From positions 250,941 through 314,940 of the forward strand of contig JAQGDQ010000265.1 of assembly GCA_030141605.1 (NCBI GenBank): DNA of 64,000 nucleotides, read 5' to 3'. The DNA comes from Tubiluchus corallicola. Taxonomy: Eukaryota; Animalia; Priapulida. A program made the position numbers and the translations under genes. Below are positions 10,822-21,634 of this stretch, in pieces (position 1 is the stretch's first letter; each line of letters starts with the position of its first letter). The notes under the pieces were generated by a model. That model ran no database searches, was not told the DNA's origin, and saw only the letters and a program-made list of their open reading frames with translations.

Positions 10822-11946
10822 TTATTTAATTCTTTTGCCTGCTTCTTTTAGTGCTTTTATGTCCTCTTCAGGGAAAGAGCCGTCAGCTTTTGGCCCGACA
10901 TTTAGAAGTAGGTTTGCATTTATTTTTCTAGCATTTTCTAGCATTTTAATTATATCATCGGCCGTTTTATGATTCCCATCGTGTTTTTTACTGTACCCCC
11001 ACGCGTGAGGTTGTAATGTGTTGCATATTTCGCGTGGTTTACCCTCATTTTTTTTGTATACTGTTTTTGCTATTTCAAATTGCTGTCCAACCTTTGCATT
11101 CCCACCTCTTTCTGGTGCCATAAAATCTTCATCACCATTTGCTCCTTGTTTAAAAGATATCAAAGCGTGAGGGGACATGCTTCGTATCAGAGCATAGGTC
11201 GAGTCAATAGGGAATAGGCTGGGACGTGCATAGTAGCCCATGATAGGGTCAAACCATATTCCTGCAATGTCGGGGTATTGGTTTAGCAGCTCTTTTAGTT
11301 GTTGATGAACAAAGTCAATATAGATTTCAAAGTCTTCATCTTTTTTGAATTTATACTCGGGTTGGGGCTCAGTGTATGCAGGCCTTCCACTAGCCCAGCC
11401 CTTTTCTCTTGAATAAAAGTAGGGGTGCTTCCAGTCAGCTCCATAAGAGTAGTACAAAAATAGTCCAAGCCCTTTTCGTCTACAGGCATCGTAAAGCTCT
11501 TTTATTAGATCTCTCTTTGCGGGGGAGTTTAACACATTGAAATCGGTTGCTTTTGTATCAAACAGGCAGAAGCCATCATGGTGTTTTGTAGTGATTGTTA
11601 TATACTTCATCCCGGCATCAATTGCGATATCTGTTATTTTATCGGCATTGAAGTTTTCAGCAGTAAATCTGTCTTTTAGTTTTGCATATTCCGCCACAGG
11701 AATAGTGTCTCTTAATTGAACCCATTCTCCTTTTTCTAAAATACTGTATAGGCCATAGTGGATGAACAGCCCATATTGCGCATCTTTAAACCATTGCAGG
11801 TTTGCAGCTTTTGGGTTCTCCCTGTACTCTTTTTTATAGTTCTGCAAATAGGATGGTACTTTTTTTGAACATCCGGCTAGTAATAAGAGTATAACAGGTA
11901 TTAGAATAAGTTTTTTCATTATGTTTATATGTTTTATAAATATCAT
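10822..11946 (-). CDS. Alpha-L-fucosidase (GH29), lipoprotein
   Basis: LLAGC lipobox, GLFIHYG, TTKHHDGF, GIWFD and NLLLNVGP. The true start is probably the second Met (MKKLIL). Confidence 0.92.
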   Translation of the reverse strand: MIFIKHINIMKKLILIPVILLLLAGCSKKVPSYLQNYKKEYRENPKAANLQWFKDAQYGLFIHYGLYSILEKGEWVQLRDTIPVAEYAKLKDRFTAENFNADKITDIAIDAGMKYITITTKHHDGFCLFDTKATDFNVLNSPAKRDLIKELYDACRRKGLGLFLYYSYGADWKHPYFYSREKGWASGRPAYTEPQPEYKFKKDEDFEIYIDFVHQQLKELLNQYPDIAGIWFDPIMGYYARPSLFPIDSTYALIRSMSPHALISFKQGANGDEDFMAPERGGNAKVGQQFEIAKTVYKKNEGKPREICNTLQPHAWGYSKKHDGNHKTADDIIKMLENARKINANLLLNVGPKADGSFPEEDIKALKEAGKRIK

Positions 11947-12170
11947 CGTTTGTTTGCTATTTTGTAAAGTATAAGATTTAAAAGATATTCAATAATATAA
12001 AAAAATCATGCAATTTATTTTAAATTTGAAAATGGTTAAATTAAATGTAGTTTCGTCAAATATATTAAATGTATTTCTGGAAAGCAATAAGAAATGAAGG
12101 TGAGTTTTTGGAAAAATACTTAAATCTGCCGGAATGAAGATAGAGGATAAAATTATTAAATAGACTATAT

Positions 12171-13640
12171 ATGTTAAAAATTATGTTTAGTGGCTACCTG
12201 TTTTTTGCCGCACTTTTATTAGTGCCAACTTCAGTTATATCTATGTCATCCTCACAGTCTAAAAAAGAGAGAGAGCAACCGAATATTATATTTTTGTTTG
12301 CAGATGACCAGGCATATAATACGATTCATGTTTTAGGTAACCGTGAAGTGATAACGCCTAATCTAGATAAGCTGGTTGAAAGCGGAGTAACTTTTACCCA
12401 TGCTTATAATATGGGAGGGTGGAGTGGTGCGATTTGTGTAGCTTCACGAACAATGCTTAATACAGGGCGCACTATTTGGAATGCACGCAAGATAGAAAAG
12501 CATTTGTCCCAAAGAGATTCGGTTTATATGTCACAGATGTGGGGGAACGTTATGGCTAATGCCGGTTATGATACTTATATGGCAGGTAAGTGGCATATAA
12601 GAGCTAAGGTAGAAGACTGTTTTGAGTATATGGGCACCAAGCGGTCGGGAGGTATGCCTAATCAGACTCCTGAGGGATATAATAGGCCGCTTCATGAAAA
12701 CGATACAATCTGGCAACCGTGGCATAGGCAATATGGGGGATTCTGGAAAGGTGGTAAGCACTGGAGTGAAGTATTGGGAGACGAGGCGGTTGACTTTATT
12801 AGTACGTGTAGGGAGCGTAAGAATCCATTTTTTATGTATGTGGCCTTTAATGCTCCCCATGATCCGCGCCAGTCACCCAAGAGTTGTGTTGACATGTATC
12901 CTCTCGAAAATATTGAGGTGCCTAAAACATTCCTTCCTGAGTACCCTGATAAGGATGCGATAGGGTGTGATAGGGAGTTGCGTGATGAGAAGCTGGCTCC
13001 TTTTCCCAGGACTGAGCACGCCGTTAAAGTTAACCGTCAAGAGTATTATGCGATCATTACGCATATGGACAGGCAGATCGGGCGTATTATGGAAGCGTTA
13101 GAGAGTTCGGGACAAAAGGATAATACTTACATTTTTTATAGCGCAGATCACGGCTTGGCGTGTGGAGAGCATGGCTTAATGGGCAAGCAAAGTATGTACG
13201 ATCACAGCATGAGATCTCCATTGATTGTGATTGGGCCAGATTTACCTAAAAATAGGCGAATTGATTTGGATGTTTATATTCAGGATATTATGCCATCGAC
13301 AATAGAGCTAGCAGGCTTTGAAAAACCTTATTATGTGGAGTTTAATAGTTTGCTGCCTCTTGCAAAAGGGGTGCAAACCCGAAGCTCGTATAAGTCAATC
13401 TATGGAGCATATATGGACAAGCAGAGAATGATCAGAGCTGAAGGCTATAAGTTGATCGTGTATCCACAAATAGCAAAAATGAAGTTGTTTGATCTTACTA
13501 ATGATCCTTTAGAGATGAATAACCTGATCGGTAATGAAGAGTATTCAGCAAAAGCAAAAGAGCTGTTTGCCCGATTATTGATAAAACAGGATGAGATGGG
13601 AGATGGCCTGGACTTAAAAGGTATTTTTAAGGAGGATTAG
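12171..13640 (+). CDS. Formylglycine-dependent sulfatase (S1)
   Basis: PNIIFLFADD, CVASR (CxxxR), GKWH, APHDP and SADHG motifs. Confidence 0.92.
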   Translation: MLKIMFSGYLFFAALLLVPTSVISMSSSQSKKEREQPNIIFLFADDQAYNTIHVLGNREVITPNLDKLVESGVTFTHAYNMGGWSGAICVASRTMLNTGRTIWNARKIEKHLSQRDSVYMSQMWGNVMANAGYDTYMAGKWHIRAKVEDCFEYMGTKRSGGMPNQTPEGYNRPLHENDTIWQPWHRQYGGFWKGGKHWSEVLGDEAVDFISTCRERKNPFFMYVAFNAPHDPRQSPKSCVDMYPLENIEVPKTFLPEYPDKDAIGCDRELRDEKLAPFPRTEHAVKVNRQEYYAIITHMDRQIGRIMEALESSGQKDNTYIFYSADHGLACGEHGLMGKQSMYDHSMRSPLIVIGPDLPKNRRIDLDVYIQDIMPSTIELAGFEKPYYVEFNSLLPLAKGVQTRSSYKSIYGAYMDKQRMIRAEGYKLIVYPQIAKMKLFDLTNDPLEMNNLIGNEEYSAKAKELFARLLIKQDEMGDGLDLKGIFKED

Positions 13641-13814
13641 AACATACCTATAAAGCTACTATTTTCATAGTCTCAGACAATTATTGTTTTTGTAATTCAT
13701 CTTGAAAGCTTATCTAGCTGTTCGGTATTGTCCCGTCTGCTTTGAAGCTTTATCCCTGAGTTACCCCTGTATATAGAATAAAAGAGTAGTAAGTGTAATA
13801 GCACAAAAACTATA

Positions 13815-14924
13815 TTATTCGAATAGTAGTTCTACTTTAAGGTTTTCTGTTCCTCCGATAAACATATTTTCAACAATAAAGGGGACTCTCTTTCCGGCTT
13901 TTTGAGAAATCTGAGTTTCTGAATTTGCGGGAATTACTATTTTATTACTATTCTTTGTTGACAGTGTGAATTTTATGTCAGAGTTATTTTTAACGGAGTA
14001 AACGGCCTCTTCCCTTCTCGCTGACCTACTGGTGACTTTACCTTCTCCTACCACCACACAAGCTTCAAAAATAGCTTTTAAGAATTCCTCTTTACCGATG
14101 AGAGTGTTGGTGAAGAATGCAACCGTTCTTTGATCAAACATTGCCTCTTTTATAGCCTCTTCTGAGCGGTCTTTTGCAAATACTAGGGTCATGGGGCGAT
14201 GGTATTTATCCAGGTTATACATTTTTGACACCACACCGTGAATATCTGAGTTCCCTGTTACAGCAAGATTTTTTTCTATACACCAGTCCAGAGCTATAGG
14301 GTACCATTCTACTTCATTGAAGACTTCGATCCCATGTATCAACCCTTTTTCGTACAGTTCCTGGTGTATATTCCACCACATTGTAGTGTCGGGTTGTTGT
14401 GCTTTCCATCCCGGGTGGTTCCACTTAATAAAAGCACCCTGTCTGGCGGCCTCTTTAAAAGCGTCCATGTAGTCTTCAGTATTTAGAGGGTTTACATCAT
14501 TCACAAACAGGGCATTAAAGTGCCCGGGAGGCATGCCTCGTGAAATTTCACCGCCACGCACAAGAATGATATTCTTTTCCAAAGCTCTGCCCAAAGCAAT
14601 ATCGTATGGGGAGTTATGGTCTCCTCCTACAAATCTTTTGGAAGGGTTGTTTTCAATATGATCTGTTATAGAGATTGCATCCAGCCCCTCTTCCCATGCT
14701 TCATCAACTCTGAACGTGGGCCATACTGAGCCGTCGGAAAAGACCGTGTGCATATGAAAATCACATTTAAGCGTTTTATATCCAAGAATGTCCGGTACTC
14801 GTATCTCTTTTCTTCCTGTAGCTGGTCGCCTCAGCTCTTCAGACAGGCGTATATTGTTCATGTCCTGAGCAAAAGAGGAGACTACAAAAAGAGTGGTAAT
14901 GGCAATAACAGTAATACGTTTCAT
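13815..14924 (-). CDS. PHP-domain phosphodiesterase (Sb-PDE-like)
   Basis: CDFHMHTVFSDG, ITDH, WNHP and NSDIH motifs; signal peptide. Confidence 0.85.
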   Translation of the reverse strand: MKRITVIAITTLFVVSSFAQDMNNIRLSEELRRPATGRKEIRVPDILGYKTLKCDFHMHTVFSDGSVWPTFRVDEAWEEGLDAISITDHIENNPSKRFVGGDHNSPYDIALGRALEKNIILVRGGEISRGMPPGHFNALFVNDVNPLNTEDYMDAFKEAARQGAFIKWNHPGWKAQQPDTTMWWNIHQELYEKGLIHGIEVFNEVEWYPIALDWCIEKNLAVTGNSDIHGVVSKMYNLDKYHRPMTLVFAKDRSEEAIKEAMFDQRTVAFFTNTLIGKEEFLKAIFEACVVVGEGKVTSRSARREEAVYSVKNNSDIKFTLSTKNSNKIVIPANSETQISQKAGKRVPFIVENMFIGGTENLKVELLFE

Positions 14925-15104
14925 GATTTGTCGCGGTTTTATTGTTTTAAAATATTTTTTTGGTTATTAAATTATCAGTTTGTATTTGGGGTATATTAAA
15001 TTGTTTGGGCTGTATGGGAAATACCCATCCCCTCATTTTATATAGGTTGGATAGATGTGCAGCCATTAGTCTATTATTTATTATTATAAAGCTTCTTCAC
15101 GCTT

Positions 15105-15317
15105 TTAATTGTATGGGTTCTTCGGGATTATAATCCACATTACCAGATATGCAATTGTGGCGGGGATAAGAAAGCTGAATACTGCCGCAATAGCAAATAT
15201 AAGCCTGAAAATAGTTACATCTGCATTGAAGTACTCTGCAAGTCCTCCACATACACCACCAAGCTTAATCATGGTAGCTGAGCGACGAAGTTTTTTAGGT
15301 TCATTTTTTTGCTCCAT
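15105..15317 (-). CDS. PspC domain protein
   Basis: KLRRS...LGGVCGGLAEYF...YLVMWIIIP. Confidence 0.9.
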   Translation of the reverse strand: MEQKNEPKKLRRSATMIKLGGVCGGLAEYFNADVTIFRLIFAIAAVFSFLIPATIAYLVMWIIIPKNPYN

Positions 15318-15646
15318 TTATTTGGTTGTAGTTTATATATAGGGTTTCTGGTTGAATCTAAAGTGTTGACATGTTTTACAGGTTGTAGAGTGTTAATATT
15401 TTCTACATAGTTTTTGTTAAAAAGAGTTCTGTTCTGTTCTGACTTTCATCCGGTGTTTTAGCAGTTCCTAGTTACATACATGATAGCTAAGATGCACGTC
15501 AAAGCTATAAATTTTTTGAAGTTAAACAATATTAGCCGGTTGCAATTTTTGGCTGTTATAGCAAAAATCTTACGCTGATATAATGTTTGATGATTAGATG
15601 TGACTTGTTTAGTTTTCGTCTGTGTGGAAGCCCCTTGCAGGGAGCA

Positions 15647-16216
15647 TCAGTTCATAGTTAGCTTGCGAACTATTTCCCAAAGTGTAATTCCGACACAAAC
15701 AGATACATTGAGAGAGTGTTTTGTGCCATACTGGGGTATTTCAATAGCTTTGTCACACATGTCAATGATCTTTTGCTGAACCCCTTTTACTTCATTCCCA
15801 AAGATCAACGCCGATTTTTGTCCTTTTTTTGGGGTATATTCAGGTAGCGAGATGCTACCCTCTACCTGCTCTACAGCTATAATGGTGTACTCTTCTTCTT
15901 TTAGCTTTTTCACGGCGTCTTCTGTGAATTCAAAATATTCCCATGGGACAGAATCTTCTGCACCCAGTGCGGTTTTATGTATCTCTTTATTTGGGGGGGT
16001 AGCTGTAATGCCACAAAGGATAATTTTTTGTACCGATAAGGCGTCGGATGTTCTAAAGATAGAGCCTGTATTGTTGCCACTGCGAATATTGTCGATGATG
16101 ATAGTAACCGGGAGTCTTTCCGCACTTTTAAACTCTTCAGTGCTCATTCTTTTTAGTTCATCGTTTCGTAGTTTCCTCATATACTGTGTGCCTGTAGATT
16201 CAGGGTGATTATGCAA
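15647..16216 (-). CDS. SpoU/TrmH-family RNA methyltransferase
   Basis: DNIRSGNNTGSIFRT, IFGNEVKG and IPQYGTKHSLNVS. The true start is probably MRKLRNDEL. Confidence 0.92.
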   Translation of the reverse strand: MHNHPESTGTQYMRKLRNDELKRMSTEEFKSAERLPVTIIIDNIRSGNNTGSIFRTSDALSVQKIILCGITATPPNKEIHKTALGAEDSVPWEYFEFTEDAVKKLKEEEYTIIAVEQVEGSISLPEYTPKKGQKSALIFGNEVKGVQQKIIDMCDKAIEIPQYGTKHSLNVSVCVGITLWEIVRKLTMN

Positions 16217-16410
16217 CAGGCATGTCTGCTACTTTCCCCCGTCATAATAATAGTGAAGTTCTTATCTGCTTTTACCTGTTTTTTTGTCGAGAGCTATCTC
16301 AATGTCCTAATTTTACATCGCTTTTCTTAACCTTGGCCAAAGTCCTTAGAGTTGTAGTGGGCTTTGATATATAATATGTTGTTTGCGTTCGAGTTGTTGC
16401 CTATCATATT

Positions 16411-17385
16411 TTACTTTTTTCTGGATGTAATATAGTTGACATATTCTATAAGCGCTGTTTTATATTTTGATTCGGGATATGTGTCAAGAAGTTTTATTGC
16501 TTTATTCCTGTATAGCAGCATCATGCTTTTGGCATATTCCATTCCCCCTTTTTTCCTTACAAATTTGATGATTTTATCAATATCTTCAGATGATTTGTCA
16601 TGCTTTTTCAGAGTTTTTAATATGCTACTTTTCTCCTTTTTTTTCGATACGGAAAGTGCGTATATAAAAGGTAGTGTCATTTTTCTTTCACGAATATCGT
16701 TACCTGCTGGTTTTCCTGTAAGTTTATTCTTTTCAAAGTCGAAGAGGTCATCTTTAATTTGATATGCGATTCCGGCATGTTCGCCAAATTTGCGCATTAG
16801 CGATATTTTTTTCTCATCATTGGTTACAGAGCATGTTCCCACGGCAGCACTTGTTGACAGCAATGATGCAGTTTTTTTCTTTATTATTTCAAAATATGTC
16901 TCCTCTGTCACATTGAATTTTCGATTTTTTTCGATCTGGAGAATCTCTCCCTCACTCATGTCTTTTACAGCTACAGATATATGCTTAAGAAGGTCATAGT
17001 TGTCATGGTCAAGTGACCATAGCAATCCTTTTGCAAGAATATAGTCTCCCACAAGTACAGCTAGTTTATTTTTCCATATAGCATTAATTGAAAAGAAACC
17101 TCTGCGCTGATGCGCCTCATCTACTACGTCATCATGTAGTAATGTAGCTGTATGTAAAAGTTCAATTGTAATAGCTGCGTGGTAAGCTTTTTCATTAAAT
17201 TCTCCATTCAGTTTAGCTGAAAGAAACACTAAGATAGGGCGCATCTGTTTACCCTTTCTCCTCAGTATATAGTTGATTATGATGTCAAGAATGGGGATTT
17301 TCGTTTTTGTAGCGCGCCGATAATATGGCTCAAACCCTTTTAGCTCCGATTTTATTGGTGATTTAATATCTTGCTTTGATGCCAT
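16411..17385 (-). CDS. Polyprenyl diphosphate synthase (IspB-like)
   Basis: GKQMRP, LLHDDVVD (FARM), KKKTA and QIKDD (SARM) motifs. Confidence 0.93.
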   Translation of the reverse strand: MASKQDIKSPIKSELKGFEPYYRRATKTKIPILDIIINYILRRKGKQMRPILVFLSAKLNGEFNEKAYHAAITIELLHTATLLHDDVVDEAHQRRGFFSINAIWKNKLAVLVGDYILAKGLLWSLDHDNYDLLKHISVAVKDMSEGEILQIEKNRKFNVTEETYFEIIKKKTASLLSTSAAVGTCSVTNDEKKISLMRKFGEHAGIAYQIKDDLFDFEKNKLTGKPAGNDIRERKMTLPFIYALSVSKKKEKSSILKTLKKHDKSSEDIDKIIKFVRKKGGMEYAKSMMLLYRNKAIKLLDTYPESKYKTALIEYVNYITSRKK

Positions 17386-17555
17386 AAACGGTTAACATTA
17401 ACTTTAAAGCATTCCAAAGGTAAAACTAAATGTTTTAAGGATGGAATAAATTATTAAATTTGAGCTATTAATACTTTAATTGTGATCAAAATATACTGTA
17501 AGTAGCGTTAATGTTCGACATTCACATTGCTGCTATTTTTACAGTCTCAGCATAA

Positions 17556-19679
17556 ATGTTATTTCTTCATATAAGAGTGAGTATGTATAATATAATGAAA
17601 TGTTTTAGAGCCAGTTTGTTTATGCCGTTTTTTGTACTGGCAACGGTTACTTCATGTAGGCAGGCTGCTCCTCCTAACCCGTTTGGTCCCATTCCGTCAG
17701 AGAGGCAACTTGCGTGGCACGAGATGGAGTTTTACGCTTTTGTTCATTTTAATATGAACACTTTTACCAATATGGAGTGGGGTTATGGTGATGAGTCGCC
17801 TGAGATCTTTAATCCGTCTGATTTGGATTGTCGCCAATGGTGTCGCATATTTAAGGAGGCTGGCATGACAGGAGTTATATTGACTGCCAAGCATCATGAT
17901 GGTTTCTGTCTGTGGCCTACTAAAACAACTGAGCATTCTGTTAAGAATTCCCCCTATCGCAACGGAGAGGGTGATATAGTAGAAGAGTTGGCGGAGGCAT
18001 GCAAAGAGTATGGGTTAAAGCTGGGGGTCTATCTCTCTCCCTGGGATCGTAATAGTCAGTATTATGGTAGGCCTGAGTATATAGAAATAATGCGTGAACA
18101 GTTGCGTGAATTGCTATCCAACTATGGAGAGATTTTTGAGGTGTGGTTTGACGGGGCAAATGGGGGGGTAGGTTATTATGGAGGGGCAAGAGAGAGAAGA
18201 GAAATAGATAGAAAGAGTTATTATGATTGGCCAAATACTTACAAGATAGTGCGAAACTTGCAGCCTAGTGCAGTTCTTTTTAGTGATGCGGGGCCTGATG
18301 TTCGTTGGATTGGCAATGAGGAGGGGTGGTCACCAGAAACAAACTGGTCACTGTTACGCAGGGATGAGGTCTGGCCGGGTTATCCACATTATAAAGAGCT
18401 ACGTGAAGGGCATGATGATGGGACGCACTGGGTTCCGGCAGAGGCAGATGTATCAATAAGGCCGGGCTGGTATTATCATGAGTCGGAAGATCATAAAGTA
18501 AAAGATATTCCCTGGCTACTTAATATTTATTACAATTCGATAGGTAGAAATGCATCGCTACTACTAAATTTCCCAGTTGATAGAAGGGGGCTTGTTCATG
18601 AGAATGATTCAGCAGCTCTTATGGGATTGGCAAAGACAATAAAAGCGGATTTTGCTCATAATATTGCAAAGGGAAAAAGGGTAACTGCTACATCGGATAG
18701 AGGACGTGGGTATAGTGCAAAGAATGTAGTTGATGGGAATAAAAAAACATACTGGGCAACGGATGATAATATTACCGAAGCGTCGCTGATTATAGATTTA
18801 AAGAGAGCGACAACAGTAAATCGTTTTCTGGTACAGGAGTATATTGCTTTGGGACAGAGAGTACAAGAGTTCACACTTGAAGCGATGGCCAATGGAGAGT
18901 GGGTAGAGCTGGCATCTGAAACAACTATTGGTTATAAGCGCATTTTACGGTTTGACCCGATAACGGCTACGAAGGTGCGGTTTAGCATAAAGAGGTCTAA
19001 AGCCTGCCCTACTATATCAAATATTGAGATATATAATGCCCCCAAAGTATTGCTAGCTCCTGATATTAGCAGGGATAAGGTCGGACGTGTGAGCATGACT
19101 ACTTTTGAGCGCACCAGCGAAATAAGATATACGACAGATGGTTCAGAGCCAAATGCCGGTTCTTCTCTCTATAAAGAGCCGTTTATGCAAAAAAGGAAAG
19201 GGGTGGTCAAAGCAGTTTCTTTCGATCCAGAAACCGAAGAATCAGGCCCTGTGACAACTACTCTGTTTGATGTCTGCAAGGCCAAGTGGAAACTTCATGA
19301 CACTCAAAGTAAGCATGCGAATAAGGCAATTGATGATGATCCTTCTTCAACTTATTTTACTAATGCAGAGGATTTTCCTGTTGATATTATTGTTGATTTA
19401 GGCGAAGAGTTGGATATTGAGGGTTTTACCTATCTGCCTGATCAGAGTAGAGGTGAGAAGGGCCTTATTTTTAATTATAACTTTTATGTAAGCATGGATG
19501 GGAAAAGGTGGGGAACCCCGGTGTCTAAGGGAGAATTTTCAAATATAAAGAGTAATCCGATATGGCAAAAGAGGCTGTTTAAGGCCGAGAGAGGGCGATT
19601 TGTCAAGCTTCGTGCTTTATCGGTAGTAGATGAAAATGGTGTAGTAGGGATAGCGGAGTTAGGGGTAGTTACTAAATAA
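17556..19679 (+). CDS. Alpha-L-fucosidase (GH29) with F5/8 type C and FN3-associated domains, lipoprotein
   Basis: AFVHFNMNTF, TAKHHDGF, VWFDGA and SIRPGWYYH motifs, plus two discoidin-like domains. Confidence 0.93.
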   Translation: MLFLHIRVSMYNIMKCFRASLFMPFFVLATVTSCRQAAPPNPFGPIPSERQLAWHEMEFYAFVHFNMNTFTNMEWGYGDESPEIFNPSDLDCRQWCRIFKEAGMTGVILTAKHHDGFCLWPTKTTEHSVKNSPYRNGEGDIVEELAEACKEYGLKLGVYLSPWDRNSQYYGRPEYIEIMREQLRELLSNYGEIFEVWFDGANGGVGYYGGARERREIDRKSYYDWPNTYKIVRNLQPSAVLFSDAGPDVRWIGNEEGWSPETNWSLLRRDEVWPGYPHYKELREGHDDGTHWVPAEADVSIRPGWYYHESEDHKVKDIPWLLNIYYNSIGRNASLLLNFPVDRRGLVHENDSAALMGLAKTIKADFAHNIAKGKRVTATSDRGRGYSAKNVVDGNKKTYWATDDNITEASLIIDLKRATTVNRFLVQEYIALGQRVQEFTLEAMANGEWVELASETTIGYKRILRFDPITATKVRFSIKRSKACPTISNIEIYNAPKVLLAPDISRDKVGRVSMTTFERTSEIRYTTDGSEPNAGSSLYKEPFMQKRKGVVKAVSFDPETEESGPVTTTLFDVCKAKWKLHDTQSKHANKAIDDDPSSTYFTNAEDFPVDIIVDLGEELDIEGFTYLPDQSRGEKGLIFNYNFYVSMDGKRWGTPVSKGEFSNIKSNPIWQKRLFKAERGRFVKLRALSVVDENGVVGIAELGVVTK

Positions 19680-19716
19680 GGAGTTGCCTCAATATAGCAG
19701 ATATTAAAGCCTTTGC

Positions 19717-19829
19717 GGGGCTTGTCTCTCTATTAATATTTTTGTCAAAACTCTCATTTAACTGACAAGTTAAGGTTTTTTTGACTCCTCAACGTGGAAG
19801 CCAGTAAGTTAAGCTTCTTTACATGTTTT
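19717..19829 (+). repeat. 113-bp direct repeat, left flank of IS1634-like copy 1
   Basis: Identical to 21477-21589; abuts the TIR exactly. Confidence 0.95.
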
Positions 19830-21476
19830 CCTGTTTTGTGCACCACAACGACGCCCCAAGAATGCACTACTGATTATCAGCAAGATAGGAATTTCAAATT
19901 TGCATTTTGGGTGCTGCATGCTTAATTTTATGCATGTTTGTCCGAAAAAATAAGAATCGGAGTGGTTCTGTGAGTGTACAGATAATCTCAAAAAATCATG
20001 GTAAATATAAGGTTGTAAAAACCGTAGGTTGCGCAAAAACAAAGCGGGAAGAAGAATTGCTTTTATTGCTTGCCAACACAGAGATAGAGCGGCTTAGGGA
20101 CATGCAATCGCTTTTTGTTGAACACGATGATTTGGTGGTTGAAAACTTTGTGGGCAGCATTGCAAACAATCATTTACAAGTTGTAGGAAGTGAATTAATT
20201 TTAGGCAAAATTTATCAAGTCTTTAACTTTCCGGATGATGGGTGCTGCAATTATTTTCGCAACCTGGTATTATGTCGGTTAGTGTACCCGGGAAGCAAAT
20301 TAAAAACCGTTGACTATTTTAGACAGCACCTGAATACAGATGTTAGCGTACACACTATTTATCGTTTCCTTGACGAGCTAAATACAAGTTTAAAGCCACA
20401 AATTGAACAACTTACCTTTAAGCACACCAGGAAGCTACTAAAAGGAAAGATAAGTGTCGCATTTTATGATATGACCACATTGTATTTTGAGGCATCAGAA
20501 GAAGATGACTACCGTATTCCCGGATTCAACAAAGATGGCAAGCATCAACAACCGCAAATAATGATAGGTTTACTGGTGGGTAAATATGGATACCCGATTG
20601 GCTATCAAATATTCGAGGGAAACACCTCTGAAACAAAAACACTAATCCCTGTTCTGGAAGCCTTTCAAAATAAATTTAATATCGAAAGGCCTATTGTAGT
20701 TGCCGATGCAGCTTTACTCTCGCAGAAGAACATAAATGCCTTGATTGAAAACAAATACGAGTACATACTTGGAGGACGGATAAAGAATGAAAGTCAAAAA
20801 ATAAAAGAAAAAATTATAGCTCTTGATATTAAAGAAAACAAGCCAGTTGAGTTGAAAAACAAGAATGGAAGGTTGATTATCAGCTTCTCAGAAAAAAGAG
20901 CCTTCAACGATAAAAAAAACAGAGAGAAGGGCTTAAAAAGACTTGAAAAACGTGTTGCTTCCGGCAAGCTAACAAAGAATCACATAAATAATCGCGGGTA
21001 TAATAAATATCTGAATCTGTCGGGGGAGATTGCCGTTAAAATCGACTACGATAAGTTCCAGTCAGATAGAGTTTGGGATGGGTTGAAGGGTTATGTAACC
21101 AATACCCATTTACCGAGAAAAGATGTTATCGGGAATTATAGTCAGTTGTGGCAAGTGGAAAAAGCTTTTCGTATATCAAAAACTGATTTACGAATACGGC
21201 CAGTTTATCACCGCTTAAAAGAACGCATTGAAGCCCATATCTGTATTTGTTTCACAGCCTATGCCATTTACAAAGAGCTGGAAAGGTTATTGAGGGCAAA
21301 TAATATTGATATCTCTGCTGAAAAAGCCTTGGAACAAATCCGGCAGATCAGGCAGCTGCAATACACTCTGCCCAAATCGAAACAAGTCAGAACAAAAATA
21401 TTACAGCCAACTGAAATGCAAAAAAAGTTGTTAAATATGAAATTATAAACTTGGGTGCTGCAATGCACAAAACAGG
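19830..21476 (+). mobile_element. IS1634-like element, copy 1 (1647 bp)
   Basis: TIR CCTGTTTTGTGCA...TGCACAAAACAGG; single DDE transposase; near-identical copies at 35639 and 62327. Confidence 0.93.
19934..21448 (+). CDS. IS1634-family transposase
   Basis: MFVRKNKNRSG start, FYDMTTLYFE, GFNKDGK, VVADAAL and WQVEKAFRISKTDLRIRPVYH motifs. The ORF track starts at 19907. Confidence 0.92.
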   Translation: MFVRKNKNRSGSVSVQIISKNHGKYKVVKTVGCAKTKREEELLLLLANTEIERLRDMQSLFVEHDDLVVENFVGSIANNHLQVVGSELILGKIYQVFNFPDDGCCNYFRNLVLCRLVYPGSKLKTVDYFRQHLNTDVSVHTIYRFLDELNTSLKPQIEQLTFKHTRKLLKGKISVAFYDMTTLYFEASEEDDYRIPGFNKDGKHQQPQIMIGLLVGKYGYPIGYQIFEGNTSETKTLIPVLEAFQNKFNIERPIVVADAALLSQKNINALIENKYEYILGGRIKNESQKIKEKIIALDIKENKPVELKNKNGRLIISFSEKRAFNDKKNREKGLKRLEKRVASGKLTKNHINNRGYNKYLNLSGEIAVKIDYDKFQSDRVWDGLKGYVTNTHLPRKDVIGNYSQLWQVEKAFRISKTDLRIRPVYHRLKERIEAHICICFTAYAIYKELERLLRANNIDISAEKALEQIRQIRQLQYTLPKSKQVRTKILQPTEMQKKLLNMKL

Positions 21477-21589
21477 GGGGCTTGTCTCTCTATTAATATT
21501 TTTGTCAAAACTCTCATTTAACTGACAAGTTAAGGTTTTTTTGACTCCTCAACGTGGAAGCCAGTAAGTTAAGCTTCTTTACATGTTTT
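21477..21589 (+). repeat. 113-bp direct repeat, right flank of IS1634-like copy 1
   Basis: Identical to 19717-19829. Confidence 0.95.
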
Positions 21590-21634
21590 TATGCTGAAGT
21601 TTACCTTCTTTAAAAATTAAAGATGTAAATTCGC

